Of a DNA stretch of 64,000 bases, positions 30,170 through 40,444 are shown piece by piece. Location of the stretch: the NCBI GenBank assembly GCA_945831805.1, contig CAMADY010000001.1, positions 5,529 through 69,528 on the forward strand. The letters run 5' to 3'. The notes below the pieces were generated by a model, which saw nothing but the letters and a program-made list of their open reading frames with translations, was not told the origin of the DNA and did not search any database. Source of the stretch: an uncultured Prevotellaceae bacterium (GTDB lineage Bacteria; Bacteroidota; Bacteroidia; Bacteroidales; Bacteroidaceae). A program made the position numbers and the translations under genes. The stretch's first letter is position 1, and every line of letters starts with the position of its first letter.

Positions 30170-30200
30170 GTTAATCCTTGAATATTTAACCCTTAAACGT

Positions 30201-30629
30201 CTAATTACTCTTCAAGAAAACAATATTCTTCGGAATCTTTACCCATTTCCCCTTGCTTGCCACCTTGATGGTGCTGCCTTCTTCTTGCGTCAGCATGTAT
30301 GAGCCGTCCTTCTGTAGTGTTATTGTTGCTTCGAGATCCTCGGAACCGTAGTCGTTGATAATCTCCAGCTTTGCCTTCTTGTCGTCGGGCGATACCTTTG
30401 CTCCCATTATGACCCATGCACGTGAGTCCGTTGATTTCTTAAGGTAGCCATAGACCTTTCCAAGCACCTCCTGCCCCGGAATCGTTATTGCCTCTTCGTA
30501 CAGATTAAGTATCAGTGAGACATCGTATTCCTTGTTGTATATCTGGCATTTGAAGTTCTGCTCCTGAGCTGCCGCTCCCATCAGAATGGCAAAAAGCAGT
30601 AGTAATGATATAATAGTTCTTTTAAACAT
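30201..30629 (-). CDS. Hypothetical secreted protein
   Basis: 142 aa, signal peptide ending AAA-Q, beta-rich; first gene after a TAATTTTG -7 box (30671-30678, minus strand). Confidence 0.7.
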   Translation of the reverse strand: MFKRTIISLLLLFAILMGAAAQEQNFKCQIYNKEYDVSLILNLYEEAITIPGQEVLGKVYGYLKKSTDSRAWVIMGAKVSPDDKKAKLEIINDYGSEDLEATITLQKDGSYMLTQEEGSTIKVASKGKWVKIPKNIVFLKSN

Positions 30630-30823
30630 CTTTAATTCCGTTTTTATGTATATTTTTCTTCTTTCGAATGCAAAATTACATAATGTTAATCAATTATTTG
30701 TAAAAAAAGTGAAATTATTTTCGTTTTTAGTCGAATATTTTTGATTTTTTTACTAATTTTGCATCAATTAAGTGGTGAGACATCATATTTTAGACCACAT
30801 TTTATAACAAATAGTTTAACAAC

Positions 30824-32452
30824 ATGATTAAACCAGACTATATTTTTGAGTCCAGCTGGGAGGTATGTAATAAGGTTGGCGGCATTTATACCGTACTGTC
30901 AACACGCGCCAAGACCCTTCAGGACGCTATGCCCGACCGTCTGATCTTTCTCGGTCCTGACTGTTGGGGTGAAAAGCAAAGCCCATTCTTTATTCAGGAT
31001 GATACGATTCTTGCCGATTGGCAGAAAGAAGCAGCAAAGGAAGGTATCAAGGTAAAGGTAGGCCGTTGGGATATTCCAGGCAAGCCTGTCGCCATGCTCG
31101 TTGATTTTCAGCAGTATTTTGAGCAGAAGGATTCCATCTATGGTCAGATGTGGGAAGACTATCAGATTGACTCTCTCCACGCTTTTGGTGACTACGATGA
31201 GTCTTGCATGTTCGCATACGGAACCGGCAAGGTGGTAGAGTCGCTCTACAACTTCCTCGGACTTTCCAGGAAGAAGGTTATCTTCCACGTCAATGAGTGG
31301 CAGTGTGGTCTTGGAGCACTGTATGTAAAGAAGGCTGTTCCTGCAATAGGCACAATCTTCACCACCCACGCTACATCCATCGGCCGTTCCATCGCAGGCA
31401 ACAACAAGCCTCTCTATGAGTACCTCTGGGCATATAACGGTGACCAGATGGCTCAGGAGCTCAATATGGAGTCGAAGCACTCTATCGAGAAGCAGACGGC
31501 AACATACGTAGATTGCTTCACTACCGTCAGCGATATCACAGCCAGGGAGTGTGAGGAACTCGTTAAGCCTGTTGACGTAGTTCTGCCAAACGGTTTCGAG
31601 AATGACTTCGTGCCAAAGGCAGCTAAGTTCACTAAAGCTCGCAAGGATGCCCGCAGGAAGCTTCTCCAGATAGCCAACTGTCTCACAGGTCAGGAGTTCG
31701 GCGACGACACGCTGCTCATCGGCACCAGCGGACGCTATGAGTTCCGCAATAAGGGTATCGATGTCTTCGTTGAGGCAATGAACCGTCTTCGCTTCGACGA
31801 GAATCTCAGGAAGCAGGTCGTTGCGTTCATCGAGGTTCCTGCATGGGTAGGCGATGCTCGTGAGGATCTTAAGGAGCGCATCGCTTCCGGCAAGACCTTC
31901 GACACAGCTCTTGAGAATCCTGTCATCACCCACCACCTCCACAACGAGTGGGAGGACAACGTGCTTGGCATGATGCGCAACTACGGCATGTGCAATAGCA
32001 AGGACGACAAGGTGAAGGTTATCTTCATCCCTTGCTACCTCAACGGCACTGACGGCATCGTTGACATGACATACTACGACGTTGTTATCGGTAAGGACCT
32101 TACGGTATATCCTTCATACTATGAGCCATGGGGCTACACTCCGCTGGAGTCTGTTGCCTTCAAGGTGCCTTGCATCACAACCGACCTTGCTGGTTTCGGT
32201 CTTTGGGCAAACTCCGTTAAGGGTGCATACTCTGAGATAGAGGATGGCGTTAAGACCATTCACCGCACAGACTACAACTTCTCTGAGGTTGCTGACAGCA
32301 TCAGGGACACCGTGGCAGAGTTCTCCGGCTTCTCTGATGCCAGGGTGAAGAAGGCTCGCACTGCTGCCGACAAGCTCTCGAAGAAGGCTCTTTGGAGTGA
32401 GTTCATCAAGTACTACGAGGTGGCTTACGACAAGGCTCTCTCTCGTAAGTAA
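30824..32452 (+). CDS. Glycogen synthase, GT3 (eukaryote-like) family
   Basis: FESSWEVCNKVGGIYTVL, FTTHAT, GRYEFRNKG and PSYYEPWGYTPLE; TAATTTTG -7 box at 30754-30761. Confidence 0.92.
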   Translation: MIKPDYIFESSWEVCNKVGGIYTVLSTRAKTLQDAMPDRLIFLGPDCWGEKQSPFFIQDDTILADWQKEAAKEGIKVKVGRWDIPGKPVAMLVDFQQYFEQKDSIYGQMWEDYQIDSLHAFGDYDESCMFAYGTGKVVESLYNFLGLSRKKVIFHVNEWQCGLGALYVKKAVPAIGTIFTTHATSIGRSIAGNNKPLYEYLWAYNGDQMAQELNMESKHSIEKQTATYVDCFTTVSDITARECEELVKPVDVVLPNGFENDFVPKAAKFTKARKDARRKLLQIANCLTGQEFGDDTLLIGTSGRYEFRNKGIDVFVEAMNRLRFDENLRKQVVAFIEVPAWVGDAREDLKERIASGKTFDTALENPVITHHLHNEWEDNVLGMMRNYGMCNSKDDKVKVIFIPCYLNGTDGIVDMTYYDVVIGKDLTVYPSYYEPWGYTPLESVAFKVPCITTDLAGFGLWANSVKGAYSEIEDGVKTIHRTDYNFSEVADSIRDTVAEFSGFSDARVKKARTAADKLSKKALWSEFIKYYEVAYDKALSRK

Positions 32453-32549
32453 TAGAAATTTTCCCTCATTGTGCACACGTATATATAGTAAATAATGTAC
32501 GCGCGAAAGAAAAGAAATAAACAACTTATTAATTAATAAAAAACAACAA

Positions 32550-35111
32550 ATGAAGATTAAAGCTGATTATGCTAACTCCCCAATCTGGAAGGAGTTTAAC
32601 GTAAAGTCAACTCTGCCAAAGGAGTTGGAGTGCCTCGACGAGATTGCACACAACATGTGGTGGGTATGGAACTACGACGCACGTGAGATGTTCCGTTCCC
32701 TTGATCCAGAGGTTTACGAGAAGGTAGGCCACAACCCAGTACAGCTCCTCGAGCTCCTCTCTTACGAGCGTAAGGAAGAGATCGTAAAGGACAAGAAGAT
32801 CATGGCTGACGTGAAGGCAGTCTATAAGCACTTCCGTGACTATATGGACGTTAAGCCAGACGCAGAGCGCCCTTCTGTTGCTTACTTCTCTATGGAGTTC
32901 GGTATCCACAACTCACTCAAGATCTACTCTGGTGGTCTCGGTATGCTCGCTGGTGACTACATCAAGGAGGCATCAGACTCTAACGTAGATATGTGTGGTA
33001 TCGGTTTCCTCTATCGTTTCGGTTACTTCAAGCAGAGCCTCTCTATGGACGGCCAGCAGATTGCTAACTACGACGCACAGAACTTCAACAGCCTCCCTAT
33101 CACCAAGACTCTCGACGAGAATGGCAACCAGGTTGTTGTTTCTGTTCCTTACATGAACTATCAGGTTCACGCTCTCGTATGGCAGGCTAACGTAGGTCGT
33201 GTTAAGCTCTATCTCCTTGACACAGATAACGATATGAACTCAGAGTACGATCGTCCTATCACTCACGCCCTCTACGGTGGTGACTGGGAGAACCGTCTGA
33301 AGCAGGAGATCCTCCTCGGTATCGGTGGTGTCCTCATGCTCGAGAAGCTCGGCATCAAGAAGCAGGTATATCACTGCAACGAGGGTCACGCAGCACTCTG
33401 TAACCTCCAGCGTCTTGTTGACTACATCAAGTCTGGTCTCACATTCAACCAGGCTATGGAGGTAGTTCGCGCTTCTTCACTATATACTGTTCACACTCCA
33501 GTTCCTGCTGGTCACGACTACTTCGACAAGGACCTCTTCGGCAAGTACATGGGTGGCTACCCACAGAAGCTCGGCATCTCTTGGAAGGAGTTCATCGGCA
33601 TGGGCCGTATCAACCCGGAAGACGACAACGAGCGCTTCTGTATGTCAACCTTCGCTTGCAACACCTGTCAGGAGGTTAACGGCGTATCCATGCTCCACGG
33701 CTGGGTATCACAGAAGATGTTCTCTGGCATCTGGAAAGGTTACTACCCAGAGGAGAATCACGTTGGTTACGTAACAAACGGCGTACACTTCCCATCATGG
33801 TGTGCTACAGAGTGGCGCAGGGTATATGACAAGTACCTCAAGAAGGGCTTCTATGACGATCAGTCAAACGAGGATCACTGGCACGGTATATACGACTGCC
33901 CAGACACAGAGGTATGGGAGACACGTAAGGCACTGAAGGAGAAGCTCGTTAAGTACATCCGCGAGAAGTTCACAGAGTCTTGGCTCAAGAACCAGGGGGA
34001 CCCTGCTCGTGTAGTATCACTCCTTGAGCGCATCAACCCTAACGCTCTCATGATAGGCTTCTGCCGTCGTTTCGCTACCTACAAGCGTGCTCACCTTCTC
34101 TTCACAGACCTCGACCGTCTTGCTAAGATCGTGAACAACCCAGAGCGTCCAGTTCTCTTCTTCTTCTCTGGTAAGGCACACCCTGCTGACGGTGCTGGTC
34201 AGGGTCTCATCAAGCGTATCTTCGAGATCTCTCAGCGTCCTGAGTTCCTCGGTAAGATCATCTTCCTTGAGGACTACGACTTCCAGCTCGCTCGCCGCCT
34301 CGTTTCTGGCGTTGATATCTGGATGAACACTCCTACACGTCCACTTGAGGCATCTGGTACATCAGGTGAGAAGGCTGAGATGAACGGTGTTGTTAACCTC
34401 TCTGTCCTCGACGGATGGTGGGTTGAGGGTTACCGCAAGGGTGCTGGTTGGGCTCTTAAGCAGGAGCGTACATACCAGAATCAGGGTTACCAGGATCAGC
34501 TCGACGCTGCTACTATCTACAACATGCTCGAGAATGAGATTGTTCCTCTCTACTACGATAAGGACGAGAACGGTGTTTCTGCTGACTGGGTGAAGGTTAT
34601 CAAGAACTCTATCGCTACCATTGCTCCTCACTACACCATGAAGCGTCAGCTCGACGACTACTACTCAAAGTTCTACACCAAGCTCGCAGAGCGTTCAGCT
34701 AAGATTAACGCTAACGACTACCAGATGGCTAAGGACATCGCTCAGTGGAAGGAGAACGTAGCAGAGCGTTGGGATGGCATCAAGGTTGTTTCTGCTGACA
34801 CAAGAGTCCTCAACGAGGGTGTTGACACAGGTAAGAATTTCAGGATGCAGTACGTTATCGACGAGCAGGGTCTCAACGATGCAATAGGTCTCGAGCTCGT
34901 TTCTCTCAAGAACGACCACACTGAGACAGACCGTGAGATCCACCGCGTTGACGAGTTCAAGATGGTTAAGCAGGAGGGCAACCTCTACACCTTCGAGATT
35001 GAGCTCGAGGCTAACCAGGCTGGTACTTACAAGTCTTGCGTACGTATGTTCCCAAAGAATGAGGCACTTCCTCACCGTCAGGACTTCTGCTACATCAAGT
35101 GGCTTGACTAA
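32550..35111 (+). CDS. glgP: Alpha-glucan phosphorylase
   Basis: [28 protein letters not shown] and EASGTSGEK (PLP lysine). Confidence 0.96.
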   Translation: MKIKADYANSPIWKEFNVKSTLPKELECLDEIAHNMWWVWNYDAREMFRSLDPEVYEKVGHNPVQLLELLSYERKEEIVKDKKIMADVKAVYKHFRDYMDVKPDAERPSVAYFSMEFGIHNSLKIYSGGLGMLAGDYIKEASDSNVDMCGIGFLYRFGYFKQSLSMDGQQIANYDAQNFNSLPITKTLDENGNQVVVSVPYMNYQVHALVWQANVGRVKLYLLDTDNDMNSEYDRPITHALYGGDWENRLKQEILLGIGGVLMLEKLGIKKQVYHCNEGHAALCNLQRLVDYIKSGLTFNQAMEVVRASSLYTVHTPVPAGHDYFDKDLFGKYMGGYPQKLGISWKEFIGMGRINPEDDNERFCMSTFACNTCQEVNGVSMLHGWVSQKMFSGIWKGYYPEENHVGYVTNGVHFPSWCATEWRRVYDKYLKKGFYDDQSNEDHWHGIYDCPDTEVWETRKALKEKLVKYIREKFTESWLKNQGDPARVVSLLERINPNALMIGFCRRFATYKRAHLLFTDLDRLAKIVNNPERPVLFFFSGKAHPADGAGQGLIKRIFEISQRPEFLGKIIFLEDYDFQLARRLVSGVDIWMNTPTRPLEASGTSGEKAEMNGVVNLSVLDGWWVEGYRKGAGWALKQERTYQNQGYQDQLDAATIYNMLENEIVPLYYDKDENGVSADWVKVIKNSIATIAPHYTMKRQLDDYYSKFYTKLAERSAKINANDYQMAKDIAQWKENVAERWDGIKVVSADTRVLNEGVDTGKNFRMQYVIDEQGLNDAIGLELVSLKNDHTETDREIHRVDEFKMVKQEGNLYTFEIELEANQAGTYKSCVRMFPKNEALPHRQDFCYIKWLD

Positions 35112-35160
35112 TCCCGTTGCTTCTCAAAGGGTTACACGCGTAACTCCTAGGCTATAGACT

Positions 35161-35195
35161 ATCCCCCATGTGCTCCCCGAGAGTGCGTGGGGGAT
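35161..35195 (+). terminator. GC-rich hairpin after glgP
   Basis: ATCCCCCA...TGGGGGAT stem followed by T-rich sequence. Confidence 0.6.
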
Positions 35196-35280
35196 TATTG
35201 TTCTTGTGTCCGTAGAGTGTATGTGACATTATGTTTTTTTGTTTTGTTAAGATTTGGAAATAGTTTTTTATCAGCAAAGA

Positions 35281-35312
35281 TTTGGTGGAAAGGAAACTTT
35301 TTTGTACTTTTG
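35281..35312 (+). promoter_or_regulatory. Primary-sigma promoter for the TPR-to-pyrH gene run
   Basis: TTTG (35281-35284), 20 nt spacer, TACTTTTG (35305-35312). Confidence 0.75.
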
Positions 35313-35343
35313 CATCTGCATTAAATTAAATAAGAGAAAAAGA

Positions 35344-36630
35344 ATGATTCATCGAATAATATTGTTGCTGACAGCCATTTTCACGCTGATGACGGCTTCG
35401 GCAATGCCATACTACGACAAGTCCCCGAAGGCAGACAAGTCGGCTCGCCAACAGGAGAGGAAGGCACTGAAGCAGATGCGTCAGGATATGGAGACCGTAA
35501 AGGATAAGGTGAAGCAGGGCAAGGAGTTAGACAAGATGGAGGCTTTGGTAAGAAAGCATCTCTCAGACTCTGCCAATCACGATAATCTTGATCTGCGACT
35601 GCTCCTCACCGAGGTGTTGAAGAAGGCTTATGAGATAGGCAACGAAAAGGCTTATCTCAGGGAGAAGCTCGACACTACATGCCTCATGCTGACGGGAAGG
35701 CGCCTGTTCCTGGCGTGCGAGAGTCTCGACAGCCTCGACATGCAGCCCAATTCCAAGGGCGTCTCTGCACCTTCATATAGGAAGAAGAACGCTGACTACC
35801 TTATGCCTTACCGTAAGAATCTGCTCAGTGGCGCACTCTTCTTCTACGAGAAGGCGCAGTGGGAGGATGCATGGCAGAATGCGAAGGCATATCTCGGTTG
35901 TAGGAAACAACCGCTTTTCTCAGTTCACACCCTTGATTCCCAGCAGGATGCGTATGCAGCATACCTTGCATTCATGACGGCCTACAACCAGAAGAATCTC
36001 AGTAGGATGGAGGAAGTCTCCGAGGAGGCGATGACGTATGGTGACAGCACTGGCACTACAAGCCGCAGCAAGGTAGGGCAGATGGTGCTGCAGCTTCTCT
36101 CAGAGGTATCGCTGAAAGACCTCAACGCTAGCAAATATATCGGCTACATCAAGCGCGGTTTTGAGAACGACCCACATTCGAATTATTTCTTCCCGCGCGT
36201 GATAGACTATTACGTGGCTCAGAACCAGCTTGACGAGGCGCTGAAATATGCCGTGGAGGCAATGGAGTCAGACTCCACCAACACGCTCTTCCTGCTTGCC
36301 AGGCATAGCGTGCTCATGTCTATGAAGCGCTATGACGATGCACTGCGCTATGGCTTGCAGCTTCTAGGCATGGACGACTCCGTGCCTGAGCCTAACTACA
36401 ACTGCGGAGTGATATACTACCAGAAGGCACTCAAGGCGTTGAAGCAGAGGGGTAAGACGCTGCGCCAGCGTACTATGGAGGCTCAGGAACTCTTCCGTCA
36501 GTGCCTGCCTTACATGGAGCGTTTCCGCAAGCTCAGTCCAAAGGACAAGGTGCTCTGGAAACCCGTGCTCTATGATGTTTACCTGAACCTGAACATGGGG
36601 CAGGAGTTTGCCGAAATCGAGAAATTATAG
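35344..36630 (+). CDS. Secreted TPR-like helical repeat protein
   Basis: Signal peptide MIHRIILLLTAIFTLMTASA from ATG 35344 (downstream of the promoter); TPR-like YDDALRY and NYNCGVIYY segments. Confidence 0.75.
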   Translation: MIHRIILLLTAIFTLMTASAMPYYDKSPKADKSARQQERKALKQMRQDMETVKDKVKQGKELDKMEALVRKHLSDSANHDNLDLRLLLTEVLKKAYEIGNEKAYLREKLDTTCLMLTGRRLFLACESLDSLDMQPNSKGVSAPSYRKKNADYLMPYRKNLLSGALFFYEKAQWEDAWQNAKAYLGCRKQPLFSVHTLDSQQDAYAAYLAFMTAYNQKNLSRMEEVSEEAMTYGDSTGTTSRSKVGQMVLQLLSEVSLKDLNASKYIGYIKRGFENDPHSNYFFPRVIDYYVAQNQLDEALKYAVEAMESDSTNTLFLLARHSVLMSMKRYDDALRYGLQLLGMDDSVPEPNYNCGVIYYQKALKALKQRGKTLRQRTMEAQELFRQCLPYMERFRKLSPKDKVLWKPVLYDVYLNLNMGQEFAEIEKL

Positions 36631-36634
36631 TAGC

Positions 36635-37909
36635 GTGAAGAGTTTAATATGTATCATGGCATTCTGCTGCCTCTCGCTATACTCCTGCAAGGAGAAGGAG
36701 AAGAATGTAGAGACCCCTTGGGGCACTACCGTTCCTACCGATGGCGAGGAGAGCGAAGAGGAGGCTGTATCGCTGGGTGACCGTATGACGCTGGAGGAGA
36801 TTCAGCAGGGTGGCGAGATGATTATGCTCACCATGTCGGGTCCTGATACCTACTACGACTACCACGGCAGGGGCATGGGCGTGCAGTATCTCCTTGCGGA
36901 GAAACTGGCTGAGCATCTGGGCGTAACCCTTAGGGTTGACCTCTGCACCGACACCCTCGACATGCTTCAGAGGCTCCGCAACGGAGAGGCCGACATCATA
37001 GTGTTCTCCGTCAGCAAGGAACAGCAGAAAGGCTTCATTGCCTGTGGCATGCAGGACGAGAAGAGTGGGGGAGGATGGATTGTCAGCAAGAGCAGCAAGG
37101 AACTCGCTGCAGCTGTCAGCAAATGGTATAAGCCATCGATGTACGATGAGGCAAAGTCTCAGAATACCAAGCTGTTGAGTGCTCCGAAGGTTACCCGCCA
37201 TGTCTATCCTTCCATGCTTTCGGCGAAGACGGGTGTCATCTCCAACTACGATGCTCTCTTCCGCAAATATGCCCCTACGGCAGGGCTCGACTGGATACTC
37301 CTTGCGGCGCAGTGCTATCAGGAGTCATGCTTCGACCCGAAGGCTCACTCATGGGCGGGTGCTTGCGGCTTGATGCAGCTGATGCCAGGAACGGCAGACC
37401 AGATGGGAGTATCGCGTCAGCAGATCTACGAACCCGAGGCAAATGTCTCTGGTGCTGCACGTTATATGCGTCTGATGATGGCGGAGTTCAGCGATGTGGG
37501 CAATCCTCAGGAGAGGATAAAGTTCGCCCTCGCTGCGTATAACGGAGGCGCAAGGCACGTGCGTGACGCCATGGCGCTGACGAAGAAGAATGGTGGCATA
37601 GACCAGCGTTGGAACGATGTCCGCCACTATATCCTCGCACTGCAGAAACCTGAGTTCTACCGTGATCCGGTTGTGAAGAACGGCTACATGCGCGGCAGTG
37701 AGACGGCCGGATATGTTGACAACATCATGCAGCGTTGGAGTCAGTACCGTCAGGCTATCCGCACCGGAGGCAGGATTGTCTCTACCGTAAAGAATACCAC
37801 GCCTACCACATCCTCGCAGCCCGTCTCAGCGTCCATCCTCGATGCTACACCCCACAGGGCTTCCAAGGCAAACAAATGGAGAAAGGAAGAAGTAAAAAGT
37901 AATAAGTAA
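36635..37909 (+). CDS. MltF-like lytic transglycosylase lipoprotein (substrate-binding-like domain plus SLT domain)
   Basis: Lipobox LYS-C, AQCYQESCF, GACGLMQLMP, ALAAYNGG and ETAGYV; GTG 36635 taken as start. Confidence 0.85.
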   Translation: MKSLICIMAFCCLSLYSCKEKEKNVETPWGTTVPTDGEESEEEAVSLGDRMTLEEIQQGGEMIMLTMSGPDTYYDYHGRGMGVQYLLAEKLAEHLGVTLRVDLCTDTLDMLQRLRNGEADIIVFSVSKEQQKGFIACGMQDEKSGGGWIVSKSSKELAAAVSKWYKPSMYDEAKSQNTKLLSAPKVTRHVYPSMLSAKTGVISNYDALFRKYAPTAGLDWILLAAQCYQESCFDPKAHSWAGACGLMQLMPGTADQMGVSRQQIYEPEANVSGAARYMRLMMAEFSDVGNPQERIKFALAAYNGGARHVRDAMALTKKNGGIDQRWNDVRHYILALQKPEFYRDPVVKNGYMRGSETAGYVDNIMQRWSQYRQAIRTGGRIVSTVKNTTPTTSSQPVSASILDATPHRASKANKWRKEEVKSNK

Positions 37910-37945
37910 GAAGTATTAAGTAAAAAGTAATAATTAATAATTAAT
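37890..37945 (+). repeat. Heptamer tandem array AA(G/T)TANN x8 spanning a stop and the next start codon
   Basis: aagtaaa aagtaat aagtaag aagtatt aagtaaa aagtaat aattaat aattaat. Confidence 0.85.
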
Positions 37946-38936
37946 GGTTCTACAGACGCACGTTGACATAGAGAAGGGTTCGTTTGAACTCATGCCATCG
38001 GACAGAATACTGTTCGTTGGCTCCTGCTTTGCCGACAACATCGGAGGGCGGTTCAAGGAGCATTACTTCCGTGCTACCGTCAATCCGTATGGCGTGATGT
38101 ATAACCCGGCATCCATACTGCATACCGTAGAGAGGCTGATGAAGGAGGAGGCGCCAGCTCTGAAAGGTCGTAGCAAAGACATAGGTAGCAACGGTATAGA
38201 TAACAACAGTATAGGTAGCAACGGTATAGATAGCAACGACATAGGTAGCAACGGTATGGATAACATTGTCAACTCCTACGACGTTGCGGTCTTCACTCTC
38301 GGCACTAACCATGTCTATATCCTCAACGAGACGGGCGAGATAGTGGATAACTGCCAGAAGCGTCCTCAGAAGCTGTTTACGGAGAAGGTGCTGTCCGTAG
38401 AGGAGTGTCAGGGCTATCTGCAGAGAGCCATAGACCTGCTCAGCGAGCGCAATCCGGACGTGAAGGTGATACTCACCGTCAGTCCCATACGCTATCAGAA
38501 GTACGGCTTTCACGAGAGCCAGCTCTCCAAGGCAACGCTCCTCATGGCTGCCGACAACCTGACAAAACAATCCTCCCACCACCCATCACCCACCTTCGAA
38601 GCATCATCGTCCACCCCCAAACCACCATCACCTAACACCCACCACCCATCACCCACCACCTACTTCCCAGCCTACGAGATAATGAACGACGAGCTTCGCG
38701 ACTACCGTTTCTACAATCCCGACATGCTGCACCCATCGGCACAGGCGGTGGAATACATCTACCAGCGCTTCGCGGAGACATACTTCGCCAGACAGACATG
38801 GCAGTTTGCCGATGAGGCAGAGAAGGTACGCAGGGCTCTCAACCACCGTCCTCTCAATCCCGATTCTGCCGAGACGAAGGCGTTTCAGGCTAAGGCTAAA
38901 GCCGACGAACAAGCATTCCTTGCAAAATGGGAGTAG
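37944..38936 (+). CDS. GSCFA domain (SGNH-like) protein with two repeat insertions
   Basis: GSCFA, NPYGVMYNPASI, FTLGT, LTVSPIR, YFPAYEI and DMLHP. Confidence 0.88.
   Translation: MVLQTHVDIEKGSFELMPSDRILFVGSCFADNIGGRFKEHYFRATVNPYGVMYNPASILHTVERLMKEEAPALKGRSKDIGSNGIDNNSIGSNGIDSNDIGSNGMDNIVNSYDVAVFTLGTNHVYILNETGEIVDNCQKRPQKLFTEKVLSVEECQGYLQRAIDLLSERNPDVKVILTVSPIRYQKYGFHESQLSKATLLMAADNLTKQSSHHPSPTFEASSSTPKPPSPNTHHPSPTTYFPAYEIMNDELRDYRFYNPDMLHPSAQAVEYIYQRFAETYFARQTWQFADEAEKVRRALNHRPLNPDSAETKAFQAKAKADEQAFLAKWE
38171..38260 (+). repeat. In-frame 15-bp x6 (30-bp x3) tandem repeat
   Basis: Repeated ATAGGTAGCAACGGTAT core, encoding DIGSNGIDNN/SIGSNGIDSN/DIGSNGMDN. Confidence 0.9.
38573..38663 (+). 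repeat. Degenerate CACCCA(C/T) heptamer array inside the CDS
   Basis: Clear cacccac/cacccat/cacctaa units at both ends in the same 7-bp register across 91 bp; encodes HHPSPT...NTHHPSPTT. Confidence 0.75.
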
Positions 38937-38997
38937 GATTCTTGGGAATAGGGGTCAGCCCCCACCCTCCCGCATTTTCAACAAAACCGAAGACTAA

Positions 38998-39714
38998 ATG
39001 GAGATTATAAGACTCGAGAATATAGGCTCTACGAACGACTATCTGTTGTCGCTGAAGACGGACAATGACGTCGTGGCTGTCACCGATTACCAGTCGGCTG
39101 GCAAGGGCATGGGCACCAACCGTTGGGAGAGTGAGCCGGGCAAGAACCTCCTCTTCTCTATCCTCGTTCACCCTACGTGGCTGCATCCGAAGGACCAGTA
39201 TCTTCTGTCCATGGCAGAGGCTCTCGCACTCTACGACGTACTGTCGGAATACACCTCCGGCATCACCATCAAATGGCCTAACGACATCTATTGGAATGAC
39301 CGCAAAATCAGTGGTACGCGCATCGATGGCAACATAGCCGGGGAAGGCATGAGCGACATGATAATCGGCACGGGGATAAACATCAACCAGGAGCAGTTCT
39401 ATAGTGATGCACCTAACCCTGTATCACTTTTTAATATTACTCGAACTAAATATGATACCGATTTGATACTTAACGATATAATCTCTCGGTTTGAGTATTA
39501 CTATAACATGGCTAAAGAGTCTCCTGACGACATACATTCCATGTATCTCCAACGCCTCTACCGCAGGGATGGAACGTATGCATACGAGGATGAGAACGGA
39601 CGTTTTGAGGCGGAGCTGCTGACGGTAAAACCGAACGGTATCATGGTACTGAGGAGAACCGACGGCACCCTCAGCGAATACGAGTTCAAACAAGTAAAAT
39701 ACATCATTCAATAA
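38998..39714 (+). CDS. birA: Biotin--[acetyl-CoA-carboxylase] ligase (monofunctional)
   Basis: STND, QSAGKG..NRW, IKWPND, RKISG and IGTGININQ; no N-terminal HTH. Confidence 0.9.
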   Translation: MEIIRLENIGSTNDYLLSLKTDNDVVAVTDYQSAGKGMGTNRWESEPGKNLLFSILVHPTWLHPKDQYLLSMAEALALYDVLSEYTSGITIKWPNDIYWNDRKISGTRIDGNIAGEGMSDMIIGTGININQEQFYSDAPNPVSLFNITRTKYDTDLILNDIISRFEYYYNMAKESPDDIHSMYLQRLYRRDGTYAYEDENGRFEAELLTVKPNGIMVLRRTDGTLSEYEFKQVKYIIQ

Positions 39715-39736
39715 AACAAGTTAAATCTAAACAATT

Positions 39737-40444
39737 ATGAAGTTCAAGAGAATTTTGCTGAAGCTCTCAGGTGAGAGTCTTCAGGGTGAGCAGGGCTACG
39801 GTATCGACGTCAACCGTCTCAACGATTATGCACGCCAGATCAAGGAAGTTGCGGAGATGGGCGTCCAGATCGGCATCGTCATCGGCGGTGGCAACATCTT
39901 CCGTGGACTCTCAGGTGCCGGCAAGGGCTTCGACCGTGTGAAGGGTGACCAGATGGGCATGTGCGCAACTGTCATCAACTCCCTCGGCCTCTCTTCTGCC
40001 CTCGGCGCAATAGGTCAGAAGAACCGCGTCCTTACAGCCATCCGCATGGAGCCTATCGGTGAGTTCTACACCAAGTGGAAGGCTATCGAGGCAATGGAGC
40101 AGGGCGAGGTCGTTATCATGTCTGCCGGCACGGGCAACCCATACTTTACCACCGACACCGGCTCGTCGCTCCGTGGCATCGAGATCGAGGCTGACGTGAT
40201 GCTGAAGGGTACACGCGTTGACGGCATCTACACCGCTGACCCTGAGAAGGACCCTACCGCAACGAAGTTCCACGACATCACCTATCAGGAGGTCATTGCG
40301 AAGAACCTCAAGGTTATGGACATCACCGCCACCGCCATGTGCATGCAGAACAACCTGCCTATCTACGTCTTCAACATGGACATCGTCGGTAACCTCAAGA
40401 AGGTTATGGACGGCGAGGAGATCGGCACCCTCGTCCACAACTAA
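39737..40444 (+). CDS. pyrH: UMP kinase
   Basis: RILLKLSGE, GGGNIFRG, GNPYFTTD and VDGIYTADP. Confidence 0.97.
   Translation: MKFKRILLKLSGESLQGEQGYGIDVNRLNDYARQIKEVAEMGVQIGIVIGGGNIFRGLSGAGKGFDRVKGDQMGMCATVINSLGLSSALGAIGQKNRVLTAIRMEPIGEFYTKWKAIEAMEQGEVVIMSAGTGNPYFTTDTGSSLRGIEIEADVMLKGTRVDGIYTADPEKDPTATKFHDITYQEVIAKNLKVMDITATAMCMQNNLPIYVFNMDIVGNLKKVMDGEEIGTLVHN

Noticed and set aside
30630-30823. Cobalamin riboswitch or Fur box upstream of the TonB cluster
   Set aside because: Only about 40 nt of AT-rich leader; no recognisable B12 box or convincing palindrome.
30899-31942. Long antisense ORFs (also 8020-8889, 21715-22509, 44076-44819, 62416-63327 and similar)
   Set aside because: They overlap well-supported genes, carry no motifs, and are expected from biased codon usage.
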